Shown here piece after piece: positions 8,204-16,600 of a stretch of DNA of 17,456 nt. The notes below the pieces were generated by a model. The model saw nothing but the letters and a program-made list of their open reading frames with translations. It had not been told where the DNA came from and did not search any database. Each line of letters starts with the position of its first letter. The first letter of the stretch is position 1. This DNA comes from an archaeon (GTDB lineage Archaea > EX4484-52 > B79-G9): contig JBDRKP010000007.1 in the NCBI GenBank assembly GCA_043813875.1, positions 1 to 17,456 on the forward strand. Direction: 5' to 3'. Made by a program: the position numbers and the translations under genes.

Positions 8204-9097
8204 CTATTTCAGATATCTTTTGTTCTCTATTACATATCTTCTCAAAAACCACTGCAAGAATATGAACTCATCTTTTTTTACCTGTGACCTTTCCAGCGCA
8301 TTGTAGTAGCTGCTTCTTTTTTCATAAGGAATATTAAGCAATGGATAATCTTTTTTCTTTAATACAAAGTTCATCATCAGCCTCGAAATTCTTCCATTGC
8401 CGTCTCCAAAGGGGTGTATTGTCACAAACTTATGGTGGACCAATGCCGCTAATTCAACTGCAGGAATATTGTCCCTATTCCTGGTGTACCAATTGAAGAA
8501 TTCGTTTATCAGGGGATAAATTTCAGCAGGAAATGGCGGAATGAATCTGCTGCCGAAAATTGCTACCTGATGCTGTCTCAGTTTTCCTGCTATTTCGGGT
8601 TTTGTGGCCCCAAAGAGGTTTTTGTGCCATCTCAGAACTATCTGTAGGGACAAATCTTTATTGTATTCCAACATCTCACTGAAAACTTTTTTATGCGCTT
8701 CAGTTTCTTTTATGTCGGAAAGAGGTCTCTTCCCGGGACTAGTGCCGTTTTCAAGCAAATCAGCGGTTTCCCTTAATGTCAGCTTGGAACCTTCGATTCT
8801 TTGAGTGTCAGAAGTAAATCTTATCGCAAAAATATGATCTTCTTTTTCTTTTAACGTGTCGGGCATCGATTCCTGTTCAAGAGAATAGTTGTTTTTAATT
8901 TTATTGAGCAATGAGCGCCATTTTTCTGTATAAATTTCAGTAAGAAATTCTTTTTTTAAAATGTCTATGGCTGAGGCAGCGGGCAAGATTTTTCCCAGAT
9001 ATTTCTCTTTCTTTTTTATGTTACCATCAACTCTTATTGAGTGTTCAAGATAATAATATTCCTGATTTCCAATAATTTTTTTCGTTATGATTACCAT
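8204..9097 (-). CDS. Fic family protein (class II, N-terminal inhibitory motif) with an extra basic N-terminal domain
   Basis: Canonical HPFGDGNGRISR and inhibitory TQRIEG (S/T-xxx-E-G/N). N-terminal KKIIGNQEYYYLEHSIRVDGNIKKKEKYLGK. ATG at 9097. Confidence 0.93.
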   Translation of the reverse strand: MVIITKKIIGNQEYYYLEHSIRVDGNIKKKEKYLGKILPAASAIDILKKEFLTEIYTEKWRSLLNKIKNNYSLEQESMPDTLKEKEDHIFAIRFTSDTQRIEGSKLTLRETADLLENGTSPGKRPLSDIKETEAHKKVFSEMLEYNKDLSLQIVLRWHKNLFGATKPEIAGKLRQHQVAIFGSRFIPPFPAEIYPLINEFFNWYTRNRDNIPAVELAALVHHKFVTIHPFGDGNGRISRLMMNFVLKKKDYPLLNIPYEKRSSYYNALERSQVKKDEFIFLQWFLRRYVIENKRYLK

Positions 9098-9102
9098 AAA
9101 CA

Positions 9103-9162
9103 ATCTTACCCATACAAATTTAAATATTTATCCGTTTTTTGTTAAAATGTAGGGGGTAAGAT
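9103..9162. promoter_or_regulatory. 9-bp inverted repeat bracketing the putative Fic promoter
   Basis: ATCTTACCC (9103-9111) and GGGTAAGAT (9154-9162), with a 42-bp AT-rich spacer containing TATA-like sequence (9116-9131). Confidence 0.45.
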
Positions 9163-9222
9163 GTGAAGAAGCAAAAGATTTAATAAAATGCAGTACATAT
9201 CTTAATGAAATCAATACTATGC

Positions 9223-9327
9223 GCCGAAGTCGCTTAGCCCGGTAGAGCGGCCGCCTCGAAAGCGGCTGTCCGAAAGGACCCGCAGGTTCGAATTCTCAAT
9301 GAGACGAAAATCCTGCCTTCGGCGCCA
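9223..9327 (+). tRNA. tRNA-Ser(CGA) with an 18-nt T-loop intron, CCA encoded
   Basis: Acceptor GCCGAAG/CTTCGGC, D stem GCTT/GAGC, anticodon arm GCCGC-CT-CGA-AA-GCGGC (anticodon 9257-9259), long variable arm GTCC-GAAA-GGAC, T stem GCAGG/CCTGC, discriminator G then CCA. Confidence 0.95.
9293..9310 (+). other. Bulge-helix-bulge tRNA intron at position 59/60
   Basis: GCAGG TTCG AA^T TCTC AAT GAGA CGAA AA^T CCTGC. Central 4-bp helix TTCG/CGAA with two 3-nt AAT bulges. Removal restores the T-loop TTCGAAT. Confidence 0.92.
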
Positions 9328-9394
9328 TTTTCTTTATTTTTATATGCCTTTTAAAGTCGTTAACTATATAATCTGGCGGCTTTACTATATTATT

Positions 9395-9730
9395 ATGACA
9401 AGAATGAGTTTTGATGCGAATAAACCTGCTGACTGGAATGGACTTGCATTGAAAATGATACCAGTGCTTATTTTCGCTATTCTTCTTTTAATGTACCTGT
9501 TCAACGCGAATTCAGATAAAGTATATAAGGCATATTACCATAACCTCAATCAGACGAATCCATATGATGACCCAAATGCAGGTGAACCGTCGCCAATAGT
9601 TCTGCCACACCACATACTGTTTGTTGTGATAACAATAGCGATATTTGTGGTCATCGCTTTTGCGCTCTATATATTAAGTTCTATCGATGATGAGAATCAG
9701 TATCATTCGGAGACATATTCGGATTTCTGA
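9395..9730 (+). CDS. Hypothetical membrane protein with two predicted TM helices, 111 aa
   Basis: Hydrophobic MIPVLIFAILLLMYLF and ILFVVITIAIFVVIAFALYIL. Start moved to ATG 9395 because the track start overlaps the tRNA. TATATAA at 9365-9371. Confidence 0.7.
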   Translation: MTRMSFDANKPADWNGLALKMIPVLIFAILLLMYLFNANSDKVYKAYYHNLNQTNPYDDPNAGEPSPIVLPHHILFVVITIAIFVVIAFALYILSSIDDENQYHSETYSDF

Positions 9731-9742
9731 GGGTAAATACGA

Positions 9743-10219
9743 TCATCCGGATTTTTCGTAAATCCAGCGGTCATGATTCCTGTCGTATTCCATTATCTCG
9801 TCGATGTCAAAGAACAAGCTTATCTCTTTTTCAGAGGATTTTTTTGAGTCTGAGGCGTGGATCAAATTCCGACCTGTGTGCATACCGAAGTCGTGCCTGA
9901 TTGTTCCCGGAGCGGCATCTAGAGGATTGGTTGCGCCGACCATCTTTCTTATGGTGGCTATCGCGTCATCGCCTTCAAGCACCAGGGCCACAACAGGACC
10001 GGATTTTATAAAATCGAGAAGAGAACCATAAAAGGGTTTCCCGGCGTGCTCTTTGTAATGTTTTTCTGCGAGCGCGTGGGATATCCACAACATCCTCAAT
10101 CCGGCGATTTTCAAACCTTTGTGTTCGAACCTGGAGAGGATATCACCGATAATACCCCGCTGCACTGCGTCTGGTTTCAGCAGGATCAGGGTTCGTTCCA
10201 GTTTCATCAGAATCAACAT
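9743..10219 (-). CDS. ndk: Nucleoside diphosphate kinase
   Basis: ERTLILLKPDAVQRG, HYKEH, PGTIR, NLIHASDS. Alternative start at 10207. Confidence 0.97.
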   Translation of the reverse strand: MLILMKLERTLILLKPDAVQRGIIGDILSRFEHKGLKIAGLRMLWISHALAEKHYKEHAGKPFYGSLLDFIKSGPVVALVLEGDDAIATIRKMVGATNPLDAAPGTIRHDFGMHTGRNLIHASDSKKSSEKEISLFFDIDEIMEYDRNHDRWIYEKSG

Positions 10220-10221
10220 AT

Positions 10222-10410
10222 CTATTTCTTGGCTACGGTTTCGGATTTGCGCTTATGGTAAAGCCCGGTCCACTTGACATTCTTCGCTTTCCTTATTTTT
10301 GAGTTCTTCTCGCATTTAGAACTGCAATAATAGCTGATAGTCCCGTCGGACTTTACGGAAATAAGACCCTTGCCGATACCGATAATTTTGTCACAAAAAG
10401 AACAATTCAT
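10222..10410 (-). CDS. rpl24e: 50S ribosomal protein L24e
   Basis: CSFC...GKG...DG...YCSSKC...VKWT in the conserved operon position. ATG 10410 is preceded by GGTG (alternative start 10422). Confidence 0.95.
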   Translation of the reverse strand: MNCSFCDKIIGIGKGLISVKSDGTISYYCSSKCEKNSKIRKAKNVKWTGLYHKRKSETVAKK

Positions 10411-10426
10411 AATATGCACCATACCG

Positions 10427-10621
10427 TTATTCTATTACTCCTGCGTCTTCCATGTCGGATTCTTTTACCATGAGTATGTCACCTACACGCACTGAGCCCA
10501 TCACGTTCCTTACAAGAACCTTGTTGCGCTGCATGTTGTCGACAAACGTGCATCTGACCCGTGAGACTCCTTTTGCGCCGCTACGGCCCATGACTTGTAT
10601 AACTTTTGCAGGTAATGCCAT
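10427..10621 (-). CDS. rps28e: 30S ribosomal protein S28e
   Basis: PAKVIQVMGRSG...RNVMGSVRVGDIL, located between rpl7ae and rpl24e. SD GAGGT upstream. Confidence 0.93.
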   Translation of the reverse strand: MALPAKVIQVMGRSGAKGVSRVRCTFVDNMQRNKVLVRNVMGSVRVGDILMVKESDMEDAGVIE

Positions 10622-10652
10622 TATAATCTACCTCATGATTTTCAATATTATC

Positions 10653-11018
10653 TTATTTTTTCAGTTCTGATATCTTCTTAATCAGTTCTTCTATCTGTTT
10701 CTTTCCTTTTCCCTCGTCAACTACAGCAACAGCACTTGTGGATACTTCGATACCGCATGCAGCACCTAGTTCCTGTTTGCTTGGAACTGTTATCAATGGA
10801 ACATTTTTCTCTTTGCAGATCATCGGGATATGCATGACAACCTCAATCGGCTCTGTGTCTTCTGCCACGACCACAATTTTCGCGAGACCGCGCTCGATTG
10901 CCTTGGTCGCTTCGTTTGTGCCTTTTCTTATGCTCCCTGAGCCTTTTACTGCTTCAAGAGATTCATATACTTTTTCTGCAATATCCTTGCTTACTTCAAA
11001 ATCAACTAGTTTTCCCAT
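10653..11018 (-). CDS. rpl7ae: 50S ribosomal protein L7Ae
   Basis: GSIRKGTNEATKAIERG, AEDTEPIEVVMHIP, SKQELGAACG. ATG 11018 is preceded by SD GAGGTG. Confidence 0.97.
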   Translation of the reverse strand: MGKLVDFEVSKDIAEKVYESLEAVKGSGSIRKGTNEATKAIERGLAKIVVVAEDTEPIEVVMHIPMICKEKNVPLITVPSKQELGAACGIEVSTSAVAVVDEGKGKKQIEELIKKISELKK

Positions 11019-11231
11019 ATATAACACCTCATATTAAATCTCGGCAAAGCCGTCATCAATTTAATGCATTCATTGGTATAGTAAAGCACCTGTATTTTTT
11101 AGTACATGCCTTTCCATATACACAAGGCAAATGGTTCTTTTGTTGATGTTTGGTCATCAATATTGTGCCTTGAGTATAGAATTATTAAATGATAATGATT
11201 CAACAGAATTATTCTATCAAATACTTTTAAA
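11019..11231 (-). promoter_or_regulatory. Promoter and long structured 5' leader of the rpl7ae operon, with a kink-turn-like hairpin
   Basis: TATA-like TTTAAAAG (11231-11224). 12/13 stem between 11178-11166 and 11129-11117. Hairpin AUUAAAUU-GAU-GA-CGGC-UUU-GCC-GA-GAUUUAAU (11065-11033) just 5' of the SD. Confidence 0.55.
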
Positions 11232-11270
11232 TAGTTTACGATTGTGAAGACAAATAACCGCCTGTGATTA

Positions 11271-11915
11271 TCAGGTTCTTAGAGTCGAATTGATGTTTTC
11301 AATGGCCTCTTCGATGTTCTCCAGTTTGCCTACACTTTTTGAGAGGAGTTCGGTGCCTTCTTTTTTGTTGCCCTTGAATTCCTCTACCATCGCCCTTAGG
11401 TCACGGGAATTTCCTTTCAATGCGGAAAGAAGATCTTTCACTTCCCTGTATCTTTCAAGGCTTATGAAGACAGGACCTTTTACCTGGGATATCCTTCTTC
11501 TCACTTCTTTTTGCAGCGGGGTCGGGGCTGCCGGAGCGTTCACTTCGACTGTGCCAAGGTCGGGTGCGTGAAATGTGTCTTCTGCAATCCCCGGTCTCCT
11601 GTCTGGGAGCGGAGGCAATGATGATCGTAATGGAGGCGGTACGGGGGGTGATGAAAGAGCAGATGCCTGCGGAGGGACATTTTTGTGGAATTCTTTTGGT
11701 TGCTGAAATGAGGGTTTCAGATCAGCCGGGAGTGGCGGCAGTTCCATATCTATGCTTCTTCTTGGATTGCTTTTTGGATCTACCCCTGGAGCTTGAGAAC
11801 GATACGGTGGTTTTGGAGGCAGGGGTATCTCAAAGGGATCGCTTTCTGACCTTAAGGTCTTACCTGTCGGAATATCTTTTCTAATCTCTATTTTTCTTGG
11901 CTGGATATCGGCCAT
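11271..11915 (-). CDS. Hypothetical protein with a Pro-rich disordered N-terminus and a C-terminal coiled coil
   Basis: Many PxxP/PPLP tracts, then PVFISLERYREVK and heptad repeats. ATG 11915 is preceded by SD AGGTGA. Confidence 0.8.
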   Translation of the reverse strand: MADIQPRKIEIRKDIPTGKTLRSESDPFEIPLPPKPPYRSQAPGVDPKSNPRRSIDMELPPLPADLKPSFQQPKEFHKNVPPQASALSSPPVPPPLRSSLPPLPDRRPGIAEDTFHAPDLGTVEVNAPAAPTPLQKEVRRRISQVKGPVFISLERYREVKDLLSALKGNSRDLRAMVEEFKGNKKEGTELLSKSVGKLENIEEAIENINSTLRT

Positions 11916-11961
11916 TAATATCACCTTATATCTATATTATTGAGTTCCTTGTTTATATTAG

Positions 11962-13635
11962 TTATGGATGTGCGAAGAATCCGGTTATCTTTTTGCTGCC
12001 TTTCTCTTTTACCAGATTTACGAATCCAACTCTTTCGAACTGGACTACCTGGTTATTGAGGCCTTGTATGCCCTGTTCTGCTTTGCCTTTAATGATCGTG
12101 CTGTCGGGCATCACAATGTTTAGGTCGATGCAATCGTCTTTTTCTACCCACTGTATGACCTGGACATTTGACCTGTCTTTATCGAATTCCGAGTCGTTCT
12201 CTGGCGTGAATGTCTTGTCCAGTATGCCGTAGGCGAATTCTTTCAGGCGCACTTTTTTGCCTTTGTATCTGTCGAAATCTTTTTTTGCGATATAGACCGA
12301 ATCCCTGACTTTTATGATGCGGTCTTCCTGGGCCGGTATCGCGCCTTTTATTGTCAAGGCGGTGTTTGCGCGTGGCGCTTTGCTGATGTCTATCCCGACA
12401 GGGTCCTCTGTGAAAAAATAACGCGGCGAGATGGAGTCTATTATCTTCCTGTTGTATGAGTACAGGTTTTTTTCAGATACCTTGATGTCGGATTTCTTGA
12501 CGCCGATATCGCTGATGAAGTTGATTATCGCCTGCGGGCTGAAGCCGCGTCTTTTTAGCGCCCGAAGGGTGCCGAGGCGCGGGTCGTCCCAGCCGGATAG
12601 TTTTCCTTCTGTGATGAGTTTACGGGACTCGCTTGTGCTTTTTATGCCAACGACCAGAAGCTTGCCGGTGACTAAGTCCTTTGGGTATTTCCAGTTGAAG
12701 TATTTGTAGAGATAGCCCTGTTTTTCTTTTGTGGCAAGAAAATCTATGCCTCTTATCAGGTGGGTTACGCCGAGAAGGTGATCGTCGAGGGCAGAGGCGT
12801 AGTCGTACAGGGGCCAGACGCGGTAGTTTACGAGGGGATGCTGTGGCTTTTCGACGATCCTGAATGCGGGCCAGTCCCTTATCGCCGGGTTCTTGTGCAA
12901 TATGTCTGTCTTTATGCGGAGGACTGCTTCGCCTTCCTTGTATCCTGAAAACATGTTTTTCCAGCGGGCGAGCTGTTCTTTCTGGCCCAAGTCCCTGCAG
13001 GGGCAGCAAATAGCTTTCTTTTTCAGGTCGCGGAAGGTCTCCTGGGGACAGGTGCAGACGTAGGCGCCGCCCAGTCCGATGAGCTTTTCTGCGTAGTCGT
13101 AATAGATGTCGAAGCGTGAGGATGCGCGGACTATGAGGTCCGGCTTTATACCCAGCCATGCGAGGTCTTCTACTATCCAATCGTATGCCTCTTTTATGGG
13201 GATCTTGATTTTCGGGTCCGTGTCGTCCAGGCGGAGGATGTATTTACCTTTGTATCGCTTCACGTAGAACCAGTTGAGGAGCGCCTGCCTTGAGTGGCCG
13301 AGCGATAGCGGGCCGTTGGGGTTGGGGGCGAATCGCATGACGACGGTCTTTCCTACGTCCGGAAGGTCTTTTAGGAGCTCTTTTTCTTTTTTTTGCGGGG
13401 CAGTGTCTATTTTGAGGGCATGTATCTCTTTTTGCTGCTCAACAAGTGTCATGCTGTTGATTTCTGAGATGATCTCTTCGATTATCTTCATTGTTGCCGG
13501 AACATCCTTTTTTGCCTCGGGAAGGCTTCCTAAGACACTCCCGAGGACTGCGCTACTGCTTGATTTGCCACCGTGCTGCGCTGCGTTCTGCAATGCGAAC
13601 CTGCGTGAGAGTTCTTCTATCTTTTTTTGCATCAT
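11962..13635 (-). CDS. gltX: Archaeal glutamyl-tRNA synthetase (probably non-discriminating)
   Basis: MRFAPNPNGPLSLGH (HIGH-equivalent), RLDDTDP, CTC...CPCR, RVWPLY, WDDPRLGTL, QFERVGF. Confidence 0.97.
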   Translation of the reverse strand: MMQKKIEELSRRFALQNAAQHGGKSSSSAVLGSVLGSLPEAKKDVPATMKIIEEIISEINSMTLVEQQKEIHALKIDTAPQKKEKELLKDLPDVGKTVVMRFAPNPNGPLSLGHSRQALLNWFYVKRYKGKYILRLDDTDPKIKIPIKEAYDWIVEDLAWLGIKPDLIVRASSRFDIYYDYAEKLIGLGGAYVCTCPQETFRDLKKKAICCPCRDLGQKEQLARWKNMFSGYKEGEAVLRIKTDILHKNPAIRDWPAFRIVEKPQHPLVNYRVWPLYDYASALDDHLLGVTHLIRGIDFLATKEKQGYLYKYFNWKYPKDLVTGKLLVVGIKSTSESRKLITEGKLSGWDDPRLGTLRALKRRGFSPQAIINFISDIGVKKSDIKVSEKNLYSYNRKIIDSISPRYFFTEDPVGIDISKAPRANTALTIKGAIPAQEDRIIKVRDSVYIAKKDFDRYKGKKVRLKEFAYGILDKTFTPENDSEFDKDRSNVQVIQWVEKDDCIDLNIVMPDSTIIKGKAEQGIQGLNNQVVQFERVGFVNLVKEKGSKKITGFFAHP

Positions 13636-13660
13636 AGTTCTTTTCTTTTCAATTATATAT

Positions 13661-16600
13661 TTATTTACTTTTTGAGCGGTTACGGCGTGTATGCGGTCTT
13701 ACTTTTCTTTGGGAGCCAGATGACTTCCCATATAAGAGAATTGCGGCGAGTGCAACTATCAATGCAATAGCTAAAAGCCTGAGGCCGGATGTGTTTGAAA
13801 ATAGAGATGCATCCCTGTTTATTATGATTACGGACATCTCATCATATTTATTCCCGTAGACATCGTCAGGACCTATTATAAGGTCGTAGCTCCCGGTCCT
13901 GCCGGCAAATACTTCTATCGGGACATATCTTTCCTCGCGGGGTCCAAGCTTTATGTCCATGTCACGACGGCCAGTGTTTTCAAACTGTATCAGGTTCCTG
14001 AATGTCTGGTCTGAACTGCCTATGTGGAGCGGCACTATGACGCTGTTGTCTTTCGGATTCTTGACGTATACGGTGATACGGCTTCTGGTGCCCATATTTA
14101 TCGTGCTCTTTTTACTGCTTGTGAAATAAACAACCGCGTCGGTGATTACTTCGGTTACAAGGGGCTGTTGAAGAACGAAATCCTGTGTCTTGGTCGCGGC
14201 TGATACTACCTGTGTGTTGGCAGAGCTTGCGATGTAGCCTATTTTTGAAGCTGTGACCTGGTATGTCGAGGGAGGGATGTTTAAGGTATACTGACCCGAA
14301 ATGCCGGTATAGTTGATATAGCTGTGCGTGGCGTTCGATGCGGTTATCAACACATTGTCCAGAGGGCCTGTGGCATTAGACACCGTCCCTTCTATTGTGC
14401 CGTTGCCTGCAGGGAGTGATGCAGGAAACCAGGTGATGTTCCAGAGGTATATCTCTGGCGTGACGGAGGAATCTGTTGTTGATAATACTGAATGAAGCCT
14501 GACTGATGGCGCGGTGGATGCGCAGGATGATATGTCGTCACCGTTACCGCTGATGAGCGGGCATAAGACGACGCTGTTGCTTGCGTTCAGTATCTCGTAG
14601 GTTATGGATGTGCCTGCTGGTGTCGTGTTCGATGCGTAGAACCGGTCCCAACCACTTATGCTTGCGGGAGTTATATCAACGGAGGTCAGTTCGCCGCGGG
14701 TTATGTCGCCGGAAGGAGATGAGATTGTTATTTCAGGTTCCGGGGAGACGTATTTTCGGACAATAGCAAGATCGTTGTAGAAGCCGGGTCTTGAATCCCA
14801 ATATGACACTATGCCTATCTCGCTCATGTTGAGCATATAGGGTGTTGAAAATATCTGCGCCCCGTCGATAAAGCCGTCTGTCTTACCGGCAAAGATGCGC
14901 CACATGAATTCATGCCAACCTATACTTCGCGGGATGCCTGTGTCCGAATAGAGCGAGCCGATATCAAGCCTTATCCTGTAGGTGTAAGTTGAAGGATAGG
15001 TGGAATAAACACCGATATATGTCTGAACAGGATTATTCCTAGTGATCAGGAAATGCCTGTATCCGACTATACTGGCGCCGTCATCGTAGAAATACATCCT
15101 GACTTCACGGTCTGTCTCTTCGGCGGGGAAACTTTTTAGCAAAGCTGTGTCTCCATCATCGAAGGTCTGGTAGACTTCCGCGGAATATGAACCGCTCTCT
15201 GCCTGGGCCATGACCCGGTTTATCTCTGATGTTGTGGAGGTTGCCGTTTGTGTCCATTTGCTAAGATCCACTTCAAAATCGTCAAAGAACTCGAATGTCG
15301 CGTATCCATCGCTGATGTTGGTTACAGCCGGGTTGCCGTAGTAGAGGTAAACCGGCGTGATTTCGCCGCTTTTTATGAGTGGGACTTTTACCCAGTCGAT
15401 GTTGTCGTTCTCGCTCCAGTGGCTTAAGACGCTGGTCGCGCTTGTGTTTATGTACCTGTAATCCTCGTCTGCGTAATGATTCGCGAGGCCTGCCTCGTAG
15501 TGGGCTCTTATCTCGTCGGGGCTCAAGGTCCGGTTGTAGATGCGGACTTCGTCGATTGTGCCGTTGGAAAAACCTTGATTGCCTTCTCTTGCTCCGATAA
15601 ACCAATTCAGGCCATTCTCACACTGAGATGACGGAACCGATGTTGTGTTTTCCTTAGCAATAGAACCGTCGACATAAAGTCTTATGTAACCAGAGGGTTC
15701 ATATACTCCTGCCAAATGAATCCACTCATCGGCAGGTACGACAAGTCCGCCGCTTGATTGAATGATATTACAGCTTGTACCCCCTACTCTGAATTCTACT
15801 GTTCCATCGACATTTCCACTAAGATCATAGGATCTGTGAGTTGAATCTCCTGTTTTCGTAACAAAGTAAGGGTTTTCTGTGCCGTTCCATTTTACCCATG
15901 CTTCAAGAGTGATCGCACCTGTCAGTTGTAATGAAGAAGGATTTCCGATATCAACGTAGTCATCAATACCGTCAAATTTCAGGGCGTTTCCAACAATACC
16001 ACCAGTCCATTGAGGCTGTGATGGCGCAGAGGGTAATACAGCATCATTTCCGTTGCCTGAACTGTCCTTTGCTGTCGTGCCCGCGTTCTCGCTGAAATGC
16101 CATGAGCCGACGAGATTTTTTTCTACCTTTATCTGGTAGTCGGTGAGGTCGCCAACAGGATTGCTTACAGCATATATTGCCTGAATCTCTGATGCTGACA
16201 GGGCGTAGTTGTAGATACGGACCTCGTCGATTGTGCCATCGAGATAGCTCTGCAGAGGATAGATTATCAGATTGTCACTTCGAACGGTCTTGGCTCCGAG
16301 TGCTATTGGCTCATAGTTACCTGTAAGACCTCCGGTATAGGAATCGGTGTCGACTTCTGTCCCGTCGATATAAAGTTTCATGCCGTCGCTGCCGAAGGTA
16401 TATGCTACATGATACCATGTGTCTGCAAGGATTGTTGAGGTTGATGAGTCCAGAATATATTCGGTGACTGTGTTTTGTTGACGCACGTAAACATATGAGG
16501 CAGGATCAATACTTATTGTGAGATGACCGCCGGTGTCGAGACCCTCTGAATCTTTTGAGATGAGACCCTGATCTTTTGTTGGATCGTCTGTCTTAAACCA

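Noticed and set aside
9287..9327. tRNA 3' end as an integration (att) site
   Set aside because: No duplicate of the tRNA 3' end and no integrase were seen in the window.
9299..9394. N-terminal extension of the 9299-9730 ORF given in the track
   Set aside because: It overlaps the tRNA intron and 3' end. ATG 9395 with a TATA box at the right distance is more plausible.
9804..13675. Antisense and alternate-frame ORFs over ndk, ribosomal genes, the Pro-rich gene and gltX
   Set aside because: They overlap confidently identified genes and have no independent coding signal.
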